Source: Cereibacter sphaeroides 2.4.1
GTDB lineage: Bacteria; Pseudomonadota; Alphaproteobacteria; Rhodobacterales; Rhodobacteraceae
Direction: 5' to 3'
DNA length: 32,000 nucleotides
Assembly (NCBI RefSeq): GCF_000012905.2
Contig: NC_007493.2
Location: 2,490,001 to 2,522,000, forward strand
The notes under the pieces are model-generated. The model was not told the DNA's origin. It saw only the letters and a program-made list of their open reading frames with translations, and did not search any database. Shown here piece after piece: positions 7,132 through 14,204 of this stretch. The position numbers and the translations under genes were made by a program. The stretch's first letter is position 1. The number at the start of each line of letters is the position of its first letter.

Positions 7132-7338
7132 GCTTGTCCCCTAGGTCAGTGGTAGGCCGCGACGCTCGCGGCCGGCATGTGCTGCCGGGGAGACAACCGG
7201 GGGTAGCGGGGGACGTTCCCCCTTAGGTCAGGGGGCATCCTTTCGATAGTGTCGAATGTGCAACAGCTTTGCGACGGACATGAGAAGGCCCGGACGCTCA
7301 AGCAGCCGGGCCCAAAGGAATAATCGCTGAGGGAGCGT

Positions 7339-7659
7339 TCAGCGCCGCTTTTTGTGATCTGCAGAAACCGTCACCCGGATGGGAACAAGCTCCATCCGCA
7401 CGGGGCGCAGGCGCCCGCGGGGTGGGGTGCGGTCCTCGGGATCCGCCATCCGCATGACGGCGATGGCGAATTGCACGCCCGCGAAGACGACGCCGTTGAA
7501 CATGACCAGCATCAGTCCGCCCAGCCAGCCCATGTCGGTTTCAAGCACCAGATGCCCGAGCCCGCCCACATCCATCGCGACCAGAGCCACGACGAAGGCC
7601 ACCGAGATCCCGAAACCGATGAGGACATTGACGATGTAGAGACGGACGAGCTGAGGCAT
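7339..7659 (-). CDS. hypothetical small integral membrane protein, 106 aa (about 3 TM segments)
   Basis: The ATG at 7659 has AAGGAG 8 nt upstream. The translation MPQLVRLYIVNVLIGFGISVAFVVALVAM...LMLVMFNGVVFAGVQFAIAVM is hydrophobic. The longer 231-aa track ORF is an over-extension. I recognise no family. Confidence 0.6.
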   Translation of the reverse strand: MPQLVRLYIVNVLIGFGISVAFVVALVAMDVGGLGHLVLETDMGWLGGLMLVMFNGVVFAGVQFAIAVMRMADPEDRTPPRGRLRPVRMELVPIRVTVSADHKKRR

Positions 7660-7975
7660 GATCTGAACTCCTTGCGACCACGATACCGTCCGCCGAGGAT
7701 GAAGCCACAAGAATCTGCAGCGGATGCGCAGGTTTCTTGCTGCTTCGCCCTGCCTTCCCTTCCGCCGGAAGATGCGCCGCGTGCGGGCACCGGGAACGGT
7801 CGGGACAGATCGGATATCCTGCCGCCAACATGGGGTCTCAGGCCTTTGTTCCCAAGCGGGAAGAAAGACAGATCGGCGCCCGTCTCGCGCCCCCGCGGCT
7901 GATCGCGCAGCCTCCGCCGCGGCGGACGGCCGGAAACGCCCCAGCCCCCTGAGGGATAGCTCTGTCGAGCCGCGA

Positions 7976-8449
7976 TCAGCCCTGCGGAAAGGCCTCGGGC
8001 CTGGCCTCGCGCGCCATGTGGTCAAGGACCGCATTGACGAATTTCGGCTCTCGGCCCTCGGGGAAGAAGGCCTTGGCGATATCGACGAACTCGTTGATGA
8101 CGACCTTGGGCGGCGTCTCGCTCTCGAGAAGCTCCGAGCCCGCCGCGCGGAACAGCGCGCGGATCACCGGGTCGATCCGGTCGATGGGCCATTTGGCCAC
8201 CAGCGCCCGGTCGGTCATCTGGTCGATGCCCGCCTGACGGTTCACCGCGCCCGAGACGATCGCCCGGAAGCTCTTCGCATCCCCCTCGGCCATCTCGTCG
8301 CCTTCATAGACGGCGCCGAACCGGTGGGTCTCGAACTCGCGCGCCACCTGCTCGACCGTCTGGCCGGTGGTCTCCATCTGAAAGAGCGCCTGCACCGCAT
8401 AGAGGCGCGAGGCCGACTTCATCTGCCGCCTGTCGGGTTTCACGCTCAT
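7976..8449 (-). CDS. nusB: transcription antitermination factor NusB
   Basis: 157 aa starting MSVKPDRRQMKSASRLYAVQALFQME, with conserved NEFVDIAKAFF and FVNAVLD segments. The ATG overlaps the ribH stop (ATGA at 8446-8449). The ribH-nusB order is the classical arrangement. Confidence 0.9.
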   Translation of the reverse strand: MSVKPDRRQMKSASRLYAVQALFQMETTGQTVEQVAREFETHRFGAVYEGDEMAEGDAKSFRAIVSGAVNRQAGIDQMTDRALVAKWPIDRIDPVIRALFRAAGSELLESETPPKVVINEFVDIAKAFFPEGREPKFVNAVLDHMAREARPEAFPQG

Positions 8450-8982
8450 GCCTCGCTGGTCCCCGCGACGCGGAACTCGTCCACCGGCTTGAAGCCCATG
8501 CCCTTGCGCTGGCCCGACCATCTGCGCGACAGCGCGATGAGGTGGAGCGCCGCGGCGGCGGCCCCGCCGCCCTTGTCCTGCTCGGAGGGCGCGGCCCGCA
8601 CGACGGCCTGCGCGCGGTTCTCGACGGTGAGGATGCCGTTGCCGATGCAGGCGCCCTGCAGGCCCAGCAGCATCAGCCCCCGGCTCGAATCGTTGCAGAC
8701 CGTGTCGTAATGGGTGGTCTCGCCGCGGATCACGCAGCCGAGCGCCACATAGCCGTCGAAGTTCGCCTGACGCTCGGCCATGGCGATGGCGGTCGGCAGT
8801 TCGAGCGCACCGGGCACCTCGATCAGCTCCCAGCTCGCGCCGCAGCTTTCGATCACCGCCTTGGCGCCGGCGATCAGATCGTCCGCGATGTCGCGGTAAT
8901 AGGGGGCCACTACGATCAGAAGCTTCGCCGGCCGCTCGAAGGCGGGCAGCGGCAGGGTGAAATGGGTTTCGGAACCGGCCAT
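8446..8982 (-). CDS. ribH: 6,7-dimethyl-8-ribityllumazine synthase
   Basis: 178 aa with the lumazine synthase core (LLIVVAPYYRDI...VPGALELP...VALGCVIRGETTHYD...GILTVEN). It starts 3 nt after the ribB stop. Confidence 0.92.
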   Translation of the reverse strand: MAGSETHFTLPLPAFERPAKLLIVVAPYYRDIADDLIAGAKAVIESCGASWELIEVPGALELPTAIAMAERQANFDGYVALGCVIRGETTHYDTVCNDSSRGLMLLGLQGACIGNGILTVENRAQAVVRAAPSEQDKGGGAAAAALHLIALSRRWSGQRKGMGFKPVDEFRVAGTSEA

Positions 8983-8985
8983 CGG

Positions 8986-10089
8986 TCAGACCTCGGAAAT
9001 ATGGTGCGTGCCGACGATGGAGAGGCCATAGGCCTCGAGACCCACCACCTTCGGCGCACGGGAGTTGGTGACGAGCACGATCTGGGACAGGCCCAGCGCC
9101 GAGAGGATCTGGGCGCCGAGCCCATACTGGCGCAGCGTCTGGGGTGAGGCCTCGTCGTCCATCGGAAGCTTCATCGTGACGTCGCGCAGGAGCACGACGA
9201 CGCCCCGACCCTCCTGCGCGATGAGGCGCATGGCGCCGTGCAGATCGCCCGCATGGGCGGGGCCGATGCCCAGCACGTCCTCGAGCGGGTTCAGCGCATG
9301 CATCCGCACCAGCACCGGCTCGCCGTCGGTGACATTGCCCTTCGACAGGATGACATGCTCGGCCCCCTGCGTATCGTCGGAGAAGATGCGCATGAGCCAG
9401 TCGCCGCCGTAGCAGGAGGTGACGTGCTTGACCGCCTTCTCCTTCACCAGATTGTCGTGCCGGCGACGGTAGGCGATCAGGTCCGAGATCGTGCCGATCT
9501 TGAGACCGTGCCGCTGGGCGAAGGCCACGAGATCCGGCAGGCGGGCCATGGTGCCGTCGTCGTTCATGATCTCGCAGATCACGCCCGAGGCATTGAGACC
9601 GGCCAGACGGCTCACATCGACCGCGGCCTCCGTGTGGCCGGCCCGGACGAGGACCCCCCCGTCCCGGGCGCGGAGCGGGAAGACATGGCCGGGCGTCGCG
9701 ATGTCGGCCGGCCCTTTGGACGGATCGATGGCCACGGCCACGGTGCGGGCCCGGTCGGCGGCCGAAATGCCGGTGGTGACGCCCTCACGCGCCTCGATCG
9801 AGATGGTGAAGGCCGTCTCGTGCCGCGAGGAGTTCTTCGGAGTCATCAGATGCAGGCCGAGCTGGTCGATCCGCGCCGACGGCAAGGCGAGGCAGATCAG
9901 CCCGCGCCCGTGGGTCGCCATGAAGTTGATGGCGGCGGGGGTGCACATCTGCGCGGGGATGACGAGGTCGCCCTCGTTCTCGCGGTCCTCGTGGTCCACG
10001 AGAATGAACATCCGCCCGTTTCGCGCGTCGTCGATGATCTCCTCGATGGACGAGATCGCGTCGGAATATTCGGTCTTGCTGTGGCTCAT
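8986..10089 (-). CDS. ribB: 3,4-dihydroxy-2-butanone-4-phosphate synthase with a C-terminal GTP-cyclohydrolase-II-like domain that lacks the Zn-binding cysteines
   Basis: The N-terminal DHBPS motifs are present (MFILVDHEDRENEGDLVIPA, HGRGLICL, TVAVAID). In the C-terminal domain, the E. coli RibA segment RVHSECLTGD..LRCDCG is replaced here by RMHALNPLEDVLGIGPAHAGDL, with no Cys. GGAGCG lies upstream of the ATG at 10089. Confidence 0.9.
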   Translation of the reverse strand: MSHSKTEYSDAISSIEEIIDDARNGRMFILVDHEDRENEGDLVIPAQMCTPAAINFMATHGRGLICLALPSARIDQLGLHLMTPKNSSRHETAFTISIEAREGVTTGISAADRARTVAVAIDPSKGPADIATPGHVFPLRARDGGVLVRAGHTEAAVDVSRLAGLNASGVICEIMNDDGTMARLPDLVAFAQRHGLKIGTISDLIAYRRRHDNLVKEKAVKHVTSCYGGDWLMRIFSDDTQGAEHVILSKGNVTDGEPVLVRMHALNPLEDVLGIGPAHAGDLHGAMRLIAQEGRGVVVLLRDVTMKLPMDDEASPQTLRQYGLGAQILSALGLSQIVLVTNSRAPKVVGLEAYGLSIVGTHHISEV

Positions 10090-10401
10090 CGCATCGCTCC
10101 GGGATCAGACCTGCCCATACCGCGACGAAGCGCCGTTGGCCAGAGCTTCATCCCGGAGAGACGACCCGCCCCCCCTGCCCCGAAGGGCGCGCACCACCCT
10201 GATGATGTTCCATGCCTTCACCTGGCGTCGGCGGGCGGGATGGCTCATGCCGGGCTTTCCGGGGCCGATCCTCGTCGGATCGGTGAACCCCGGCTGGCAC
10301 TGTGCCGTCTACGGGTACGCGGGCGTGGCGCTCACGGCCGCGCTCCGGGCTGGGGTCGGGCGCTTCCTCGGGGGTCGCGCCCGGGCGCCCGAGGCCGCGT
10401 C

Positions 10402-10962
10402 TCAGCCCGCGGCCATGTAGCGCTCGACATCGAGGCAGGCCGCGAGGCGCGCGGCCTCGGACCATTCCCGTTCGGACCAGCCCTCTCCCACGAGGATCAC
10501 CTGATCCGAGGGAATGCGCCCGAGGGCGGCCCGCAGTCGGGCGCGGCTCTCGGACCAGCCGGCGAAGGGGCGCGGCGCGGGATGGGCGGCATCGAGCACG
10601 CCCTCGGCCGCCGCCAGCAGCGCCTCGGGCGCGAGCCGCCCCTGCGCCAGACCGATCCGGCCGGCGCACAGCCGGCGCAGCTTGCCCGCGCGATCTTCAG
10701 GCAGATCCTGCCCGGGCATCACCCGCAGGGCGTTGGACGAGAAGAGGAAGGCCACCACGTCATGGCCGCTCGCGGCCCGCACCGAGGCATAGGTCCGGTA
10801 GTCGAGCCCGAGCTCGGCCGCGCGGGAGACGCGCTTGCGCACGACCTCGATCGGCAAAGTCGGCAAGAGATCGGCCCGCGCCTTCGACCAGCAGTGCCGC
10901 CGCCAGCTGCCGCCGGGCTGAAGCGCAGGCCCGCCGTTGTGACCGGGACCCGGGCCGGTCAT
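10402..10962 (-). CDS. hypothetical protein, 186 aa, embedded in the riboflavin operon
   Basis: Genome-typical codon usage with high GC3. The ATG at 10962 lies 1 nt after the ribE stop (10964-10966). I recognise no motif. Confidence 0.6.
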   Translation of the reverse strand: MTGPGPGHNGGPALQPGGSWRRHCWSKARADLLPTLPIEVVRKRVSRAAELGLDYRTYASVRAASGHDVVAFLFSSNALRVMPGQDLPEDRAGKLRRLCAGRIGLAQGRLAPEALLAAAEGVLDAAHPAPRPFAGWSESRARLRAALGRIPSDQVILVGEGWSEREWSEAARLAACLDVERYMAAG

Positions 10963-10963
10963 C

Positions 10964-11560
10964 TCAGGCGAACTCGTTCAGCCGGGCGACATAGCGCGCC
11001 AGCGTGTCGATCTCGAGATTGACCCGCAGACCGGGCGCGATGCCGCTCCAGGTGGTGACCTCCTGCGTGTGCGGGATGAAGTTGATCCCGAACTCCGCGC
11101 CATCGACCTCGTTCACGGTGAGCGAGGTGCCGTTCAGCGCGACCGAGCCCTTGGGCGCGATGAAGCGCGCCAGCGCCTCGGGCGCCCGGAAGGTCACGCG
11201 CAGACTGTCGCCCTCGGGCACGGCCCGCACCACCTCGGCCACCCCGTCGACATGTCCCGAGACGATATGACCGCCGAGCTCGTCGCCCACCTTGAGGGCC
11301 CGCTCGAGATTGATGCGGCGACCCGGCTCCCAGTCGCCGATCACGGTCTTCGACAGGGTCTCGCCCGAGATATTGACGTCGAACCACGCAGACGGCTCGG
11401 TGCCCGTGGCCACGACGGTCAGGCAGACGCCGTCGCAGGCGATCGAGGCGCCGATGTCGATGGCCTCCACGTCGTAGGCGGTGGCGATGCGGGCGCGGAG
11501 GTCTCCCGTCCGTTCCAGTTCCAGCACGCGGCCGATATCGCTGACGATCCCGGTAAACAT
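10964..11560 (-). CDS. ribE: riboflavin synthase (alpha chain)
   Basis: 198 aa starting with the canonical MFTGIV, with the internal duplicated barrel (GASIACDGVCLTV / GSVALNGTSLTV). AAGGAG lies upstream of the ATG at 11560. The 251-aa track ORF is over-extended. Confidence 0.92.
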   Translation of the reverse strand: MFTGIVSDIGRVLELERTGDLRARIATAYDVEAIDIGASIACDGVCLTVVATGTEPSAWFDVNISGETLSKTVIGDWEPGRRINLERALKVGDELGGHIVSGHVDGVAEVVRAVPEGDSLRVTFRAPEALARFIAPKGSVALNGTSLTVNEVDGAEFGINFIPHTQEVTTWSGIAPGLRVNLEIDTLARYVARLNEFA

Positions 11561-11781
11561 GACGTCTCCTTGTCCTTCGCCCAAGGGGTAGCTTCCGGGG
11601 CGACGGCGCGCAACGGCTTTGCGGGCCGCGCCGCCCGGCGGACAGGGCGGGTCGGTCGCGGAGACCTGTCGGCAACAGTCGCCCCCGCGTCTGCCGCCTT
11701 TCTGCGCACACGCTGGCAATCCCGTTCATGTTCCGCTAGCTTCGCCCGAAACACTCAGGCAACGCCAAGAGGAGCCGGGCA

Positions 11782-12918
11782 GTGCGACTTACGACCGTCA
11801 GGGGCGCGAGGACGCTCATTCTTCTCGTGCTCGTATCCACGACGGTCGCCGCCTGCGGGCTGCCGCGCTCGGGGCCGCACAAGCGCGAGATCTTCGCAGG
11901 CTCCGTCGAGCGGCAGGGCGATGCCTTCATCGTTCCGGTCAACCGATTCGTGAGCCGCGTCACCGCCGTCACGCCCGCCTTCGGCTTCAGCTCGAACTTC
12001 CGCACGGCCGACCTCGTGGGCTCGGACGTGATCGCGGCGGGCGACACGGTGGGGATCACCGTCTTCGAGAACGTCCGTGACGATCCGCTGCTCGGCAACA
12101 GCGGCCAGCGGGTCTCGTCGCTCGATCAGGTGCAGGTGGACGGTCAGGGCTACATCTATGTGCCCTATGCCGGCCGGATCCGCGCCGCGGGCCAGACGCC
12201 CGACGGCCTCCGGCAGGCGATCACCCGCAAGCTCGACACCCAGACCCCCGATCCGCAGGTGTCGGTGCAGCGGCTGGCGGGCGACGGGTCGTCCGTCACC
12301 GTCTCGGGCGCCGTGGGCTCGCAGGGCGTGTTCCCGATCGAGCGGCCGACGCGGACTCTGTCCTCGATGCTGGCCCGGGCGGGAGGCACCACCGTGCCCG
12401 TCACCACGGCCATCGTGCGCGTGACCCGCAAGGGCAGCACCAGCCAGATCTGGCTGCAGGATCTCTACGACAATCCCACGCTCGACATCGCCCTGCGTCC
12501 GGGCGACGTGATCGTGGTGGAAGAGGACGACCGCTCGTTCGTGGCGCTCGGCGCGACGGGGCGCCAGACGCGCATCCAGTTCGAGACGCAGAACGTCTCG
12601 GCCGTCGAGGCGCTGGCGCAGGTGGGCGGCCTGAACACCAACCTCGCCGATCCGAAGGGCGTGTTCGTCCTGCGCGACGAGCCCGCCGAGATCGCCAATT
12701 CGGTGCTCGGGCGGACCGATCTCGTGGGCGATCAGCGGATGGTCTATGTGCTCGATCTGACGCAGCCCACCGGTCTGTTCGAGGCGCGCGACTTCATGAT
12801 CCGCGACGGAGACACGGTCTATGTGACCGAGGCGCCGTTCGTCCAATGGCAGAAAACCCTCAGCGCGATCACGGGCGCCACGGCCGCCGCCAATCAGGCG
12901 GAGGCGGTCGGCAACTGA
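11782..12918 (+). CDS. polysaccharide export lipoprotein, Wza/GumB/ExoF-like (Poly_export plus SLBB domains)
   Basis: GTG start with GAGGAG 7 nt upstream. It has a signal peptide and lipobox (LVSTTVAAC). The Poly_export-like segment reads GDTVGITVFEN...VQVDGQGYIYVPYAGRIRAAGQTPDGLRQAI, followed by SLBB-like repeats. Confidence 0.8.
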   Translation: MRLTTVRGARTLILLVLVSTTVAACGLPRSGPHKREIFAGSVERQGDAFIVPVNRFVSRVTAVTPAFGFSSNFRTADLVGSDVIAAGDTVGITVFENVRDDPLLGNSGQRVSSLDQVQVDGQGYIYVPYAGRIRAAGQTPDGLRQAITRKLDTQTPDPQVSVQRLAGDGSSVTVSGAVGSQGVFPIERPTRTLSSMLARAGGTTVPVTTAIVRVTRKGSTSQIWLQDLYDNPTLDIALRPGDVIVVEEDDRSFVALGATGRQTRIQFETQNVSAVEALAQVGGLNTNLADPKGVFVLRDEPAEIANSVLGRTDLVGDQRMVYVLDLTQPTGLFEARDFMIRDGDTVYVTEAPFVQWQKTLSAITGATAAANQAEAVGN

Positions 12919-13055
12919 TCTACCGGTCTCGCTGGTGCGGGACCCACGGCCCCCGCCAATCGGGCTGACGCCGCCCGCAACTGATCTGCGGATCCCGCCG
13001 GTGCGGGGCCCACGGCCCCCGCCGATCAGGCGGAGGCCGCCCGCAACCGATCCGC
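12879..13055. repeat. 66-bp tandem repeat, about 2.6 copies, with the first copy containing the last 12 codons and stop of the wza-like gene
   Basis: CACGGCC starts at 12879, 12945 and 13011, an exact 66-nt period. Copy 1 versus copy 2 is 53/66 identical by hand alignment. Copy 3 matches for about 42 nt and then diverges. Each junction forms a GGGGCC-CAC-GGCCCC hairpin. Confidence 0.85.
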
Positions 13056-13347
13056 AAGCCGCCCGGCGAGGATGCTCCGCCCGGCCGAGATCTTCGTCAG
13101 CCCGGCCCGGCACGGGCTCCCGCCCATGCGGGACCGTGGCGGGCAGGCCGCGCCGGGCGGGCGCTTCCGCAACAGGCGCTGGCGGTGGAGAAGGCCCTCA
13201 TCCGCATGGTCCGAGGCGCGGATCGATGGGACCACGGCGGAGGGCCTCAGGTCTTCGGATCGATCTCTTCGGGACGGAGTGCCGTGGGGTGCGCGGGTAC
13301 CGCGCCATCGCGCGGGCCGCGCGGACATCGCCCTCACACGGAAACTG

Positions 13348-13845
13348 TCAGTAGATGTAGCGGATCTGTTCGGTCCAGTAGCGCTCCATGCGCCGCAATG
13401 CCTGGTTCAGATCCTCCATCCCAGAGACGCCCACGACATTGCGCCGTTCGAGCCCCTCGGCATGGCGGGCGAAGAGGTCGGACAGGACCTGGCGAACGTG
13501 GCGCCCCTTGTCGGTCAGCCGCACCCGCACCGAGCGCCGGTCGATCTCGGACCGCTGGTGGTGCATGTAGCCGAGTTCGACCAGCTTCTTCAGATTGTAG
13601 CTGACGTTCGAGCCCTGATAGTAGCCGCGGGTCTTCAGTTCGCCCGCCGTCACCTCGTTGTCGCCCACGTTGAACAGCAGCAGCGCCTGAACAGGATTGA
13701 TCTCGAGCAGCCCGATCCGCTCGAACTCGTCCTTGACCACGTCGAGCAACAGCCGGTGCAGACGCTCCACTAGCGAAAGGCTTTCCAGATAGCCCAGCAG
13801 AAAGGCCTTCTGCGTCCCATCGAGAATGCCTGCGTGTACCGTCAT
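13348..13845 (-). CDS. MarR-family winged-helix transcriptional regulator, 165 aa
   Basis: The ATG at 13845 has GGAGA upstream. The wHTH segment reads VTAGELKTRGYYQGSNVSYNLKKLVELGYMHHQRSEIDRRSVRVRLTDKG. Confidence 0.8.
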   Translation of the reverse strand: MTVHAGILDGTQKAFLLGYLESLSLVERLHRLLLDVVKDEFERIGLLEINPVQALLLFNVGDNEVTAGELKTRGYYQGSNVSYNLKKLVELGYMHHQRSEIDRRSVRVRLTDKGRHVRQVLSDLFARHAEGLERRNVVGVSGMEDLNQALRRMERYWTEQIRYIY

Positions 13846-13847
13846 TC

Positions 13848-13876
13848 CTGTCTCCACCGAACGTTGCTGGACACAG
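13848..13876. promoter_or_regulatory. 29-bp imperfect palindrome overlapping the MarR-gene ribosome-binding site (candidate autoregulatory operator or 5'-UTR hairpin)
   Basis: CTGTCTCCACCGAACGTTGCTGGACACAG has 23 of 29 positions self-complementary, centred on AACGTT. It begins 3 nt upstream of the start codon. Confidence 0.4.
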
Positions 13877-13934
13877 AATCTGCACAAAGCACAAACATAG
13901 CGTAAACCGGAACGGCTTTTCAGCGCGCCCCGGC

Positions 13935-14204
13935 TCAGCGGGCCAGACGGGACCGGGCGAAGGCGCCGATCTCGGCGATCAGAGCGGCCAGATGGGCCGG
14001 CGGCTCGCGCTGACCCAGCACCCAGGGCAGGAGATCCTGGTCGTTCTCGTTCAAGAGCGAATCATAGAGGGCAAGGCGCTCCTCGGAGAGGCCCGCCAGA
14101 TGCGCGTCCGACCAGGGCCCGAGGATCAGGTCCATCTCCTTGGTCCCCCGCCGCCACGACCGCATGGACATGCGCTTGAGCCGCGCGTCCTCCGCCTCGA
14201 TCAT
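13935..14204 (-). CDS. sdhE: succinate dehydrogenase assembly factor 2 / FAD assembly factor SdhE (DUF339)
   Basis: 89 aa: MIEAEDARLKRMSMRSWRRGTKEMDLILGPW...LYDSLLNENDQDL, which includes the family RGxxE motif. AAGGAGG lies upstream. The ATG overlaps the stop of the upstream HTH gene (ATGA at 14201-14204). Confidence 0.85.
   Translation of the reverse strand: MIEAEDARLKRMSMRSWRRGTKEMDLILGPWSDAHLAGLSEERLALYDSLLNENDQDLLPWVLGQREPPAHLAALIAEIGAFARSRLAR

Noticed and set aside
5554-7155. Long ORFs reading through the heptamer array (5554..7155+, 5667..6053+, 5706..5984-, 5710..5991-, 5831..6022-) that give (GPRAKGQ)n or (LALGPWP)n repeat proteins
   Set aside because: The repeat unit is 7 nt, so every frame on both strands is open by construction. 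None has a ribosome-binding site, and the flanking translations are low-complexity. The 533-aa + strand ORF is simply the antisense shadow of the well-supported DUF481 gene.
7138-7231. Direct repeat CCCC-TAGGTCAG-G at 7142-7149 and 7224-7231 upstream of the DUF481 gene
   Set aside because: It is a real 8-mer duplicate, with the proximal copy overlapping the ribosome-binding site. It is short, has only two copies, and has no supporting symmetry or conservation information, so it is too weak to report as a regulatory site.
10090-10401. FMN (RFN) riboswitch upstream of ribB
   Set aside because: On the - strand I see CTTCGGGGCAGGG (complement of 10173-10185), which resembles the RFN 5' box. I also see ..TCCGGGATGAAG and GCCGACGCCAGGTGAAGGCATGG, which loosely resemble the RFN 3' segment. 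However, the core conserved blocks (GGTGAAATTCC, CCGGCGGT, AGCCCGCGAGC, CAGATCCGGTG) are absent, and the two best matches are adjacent rather than about 120 nt apart. I do not call a riboswitch without a covariance-model hit; cmsearch with RF00050 would decide.
11561-11781. FMN riboswitch or other leader upstream of ribE
   Set aside because: I read the - strand of the 221-bp ribE/wza-like divergent region. None of the RFN conserved blocks is present, and I found no obvious long hairpin.
12879-13055. CRISPR array (also considered for 5901-5995)
   Set aside because: The repeats are directly tandem with no unique spacers. Unit sizes of 66 nt (degenerating) and 7 nt do not fit CRISPR architecture, and there are no cas genes in the window.
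12935-13354. 139-aa proline/arginine-rich ORF downstream of the wza-like gene
   Set aside because: Its internal repeat (RDPRPPPIGLTPPATD / RGPRPPPIRRRPPATD) is just the 66-bp DNA repeat read in another frame. It has no ribosome-binding site, atypical composition and no motif.
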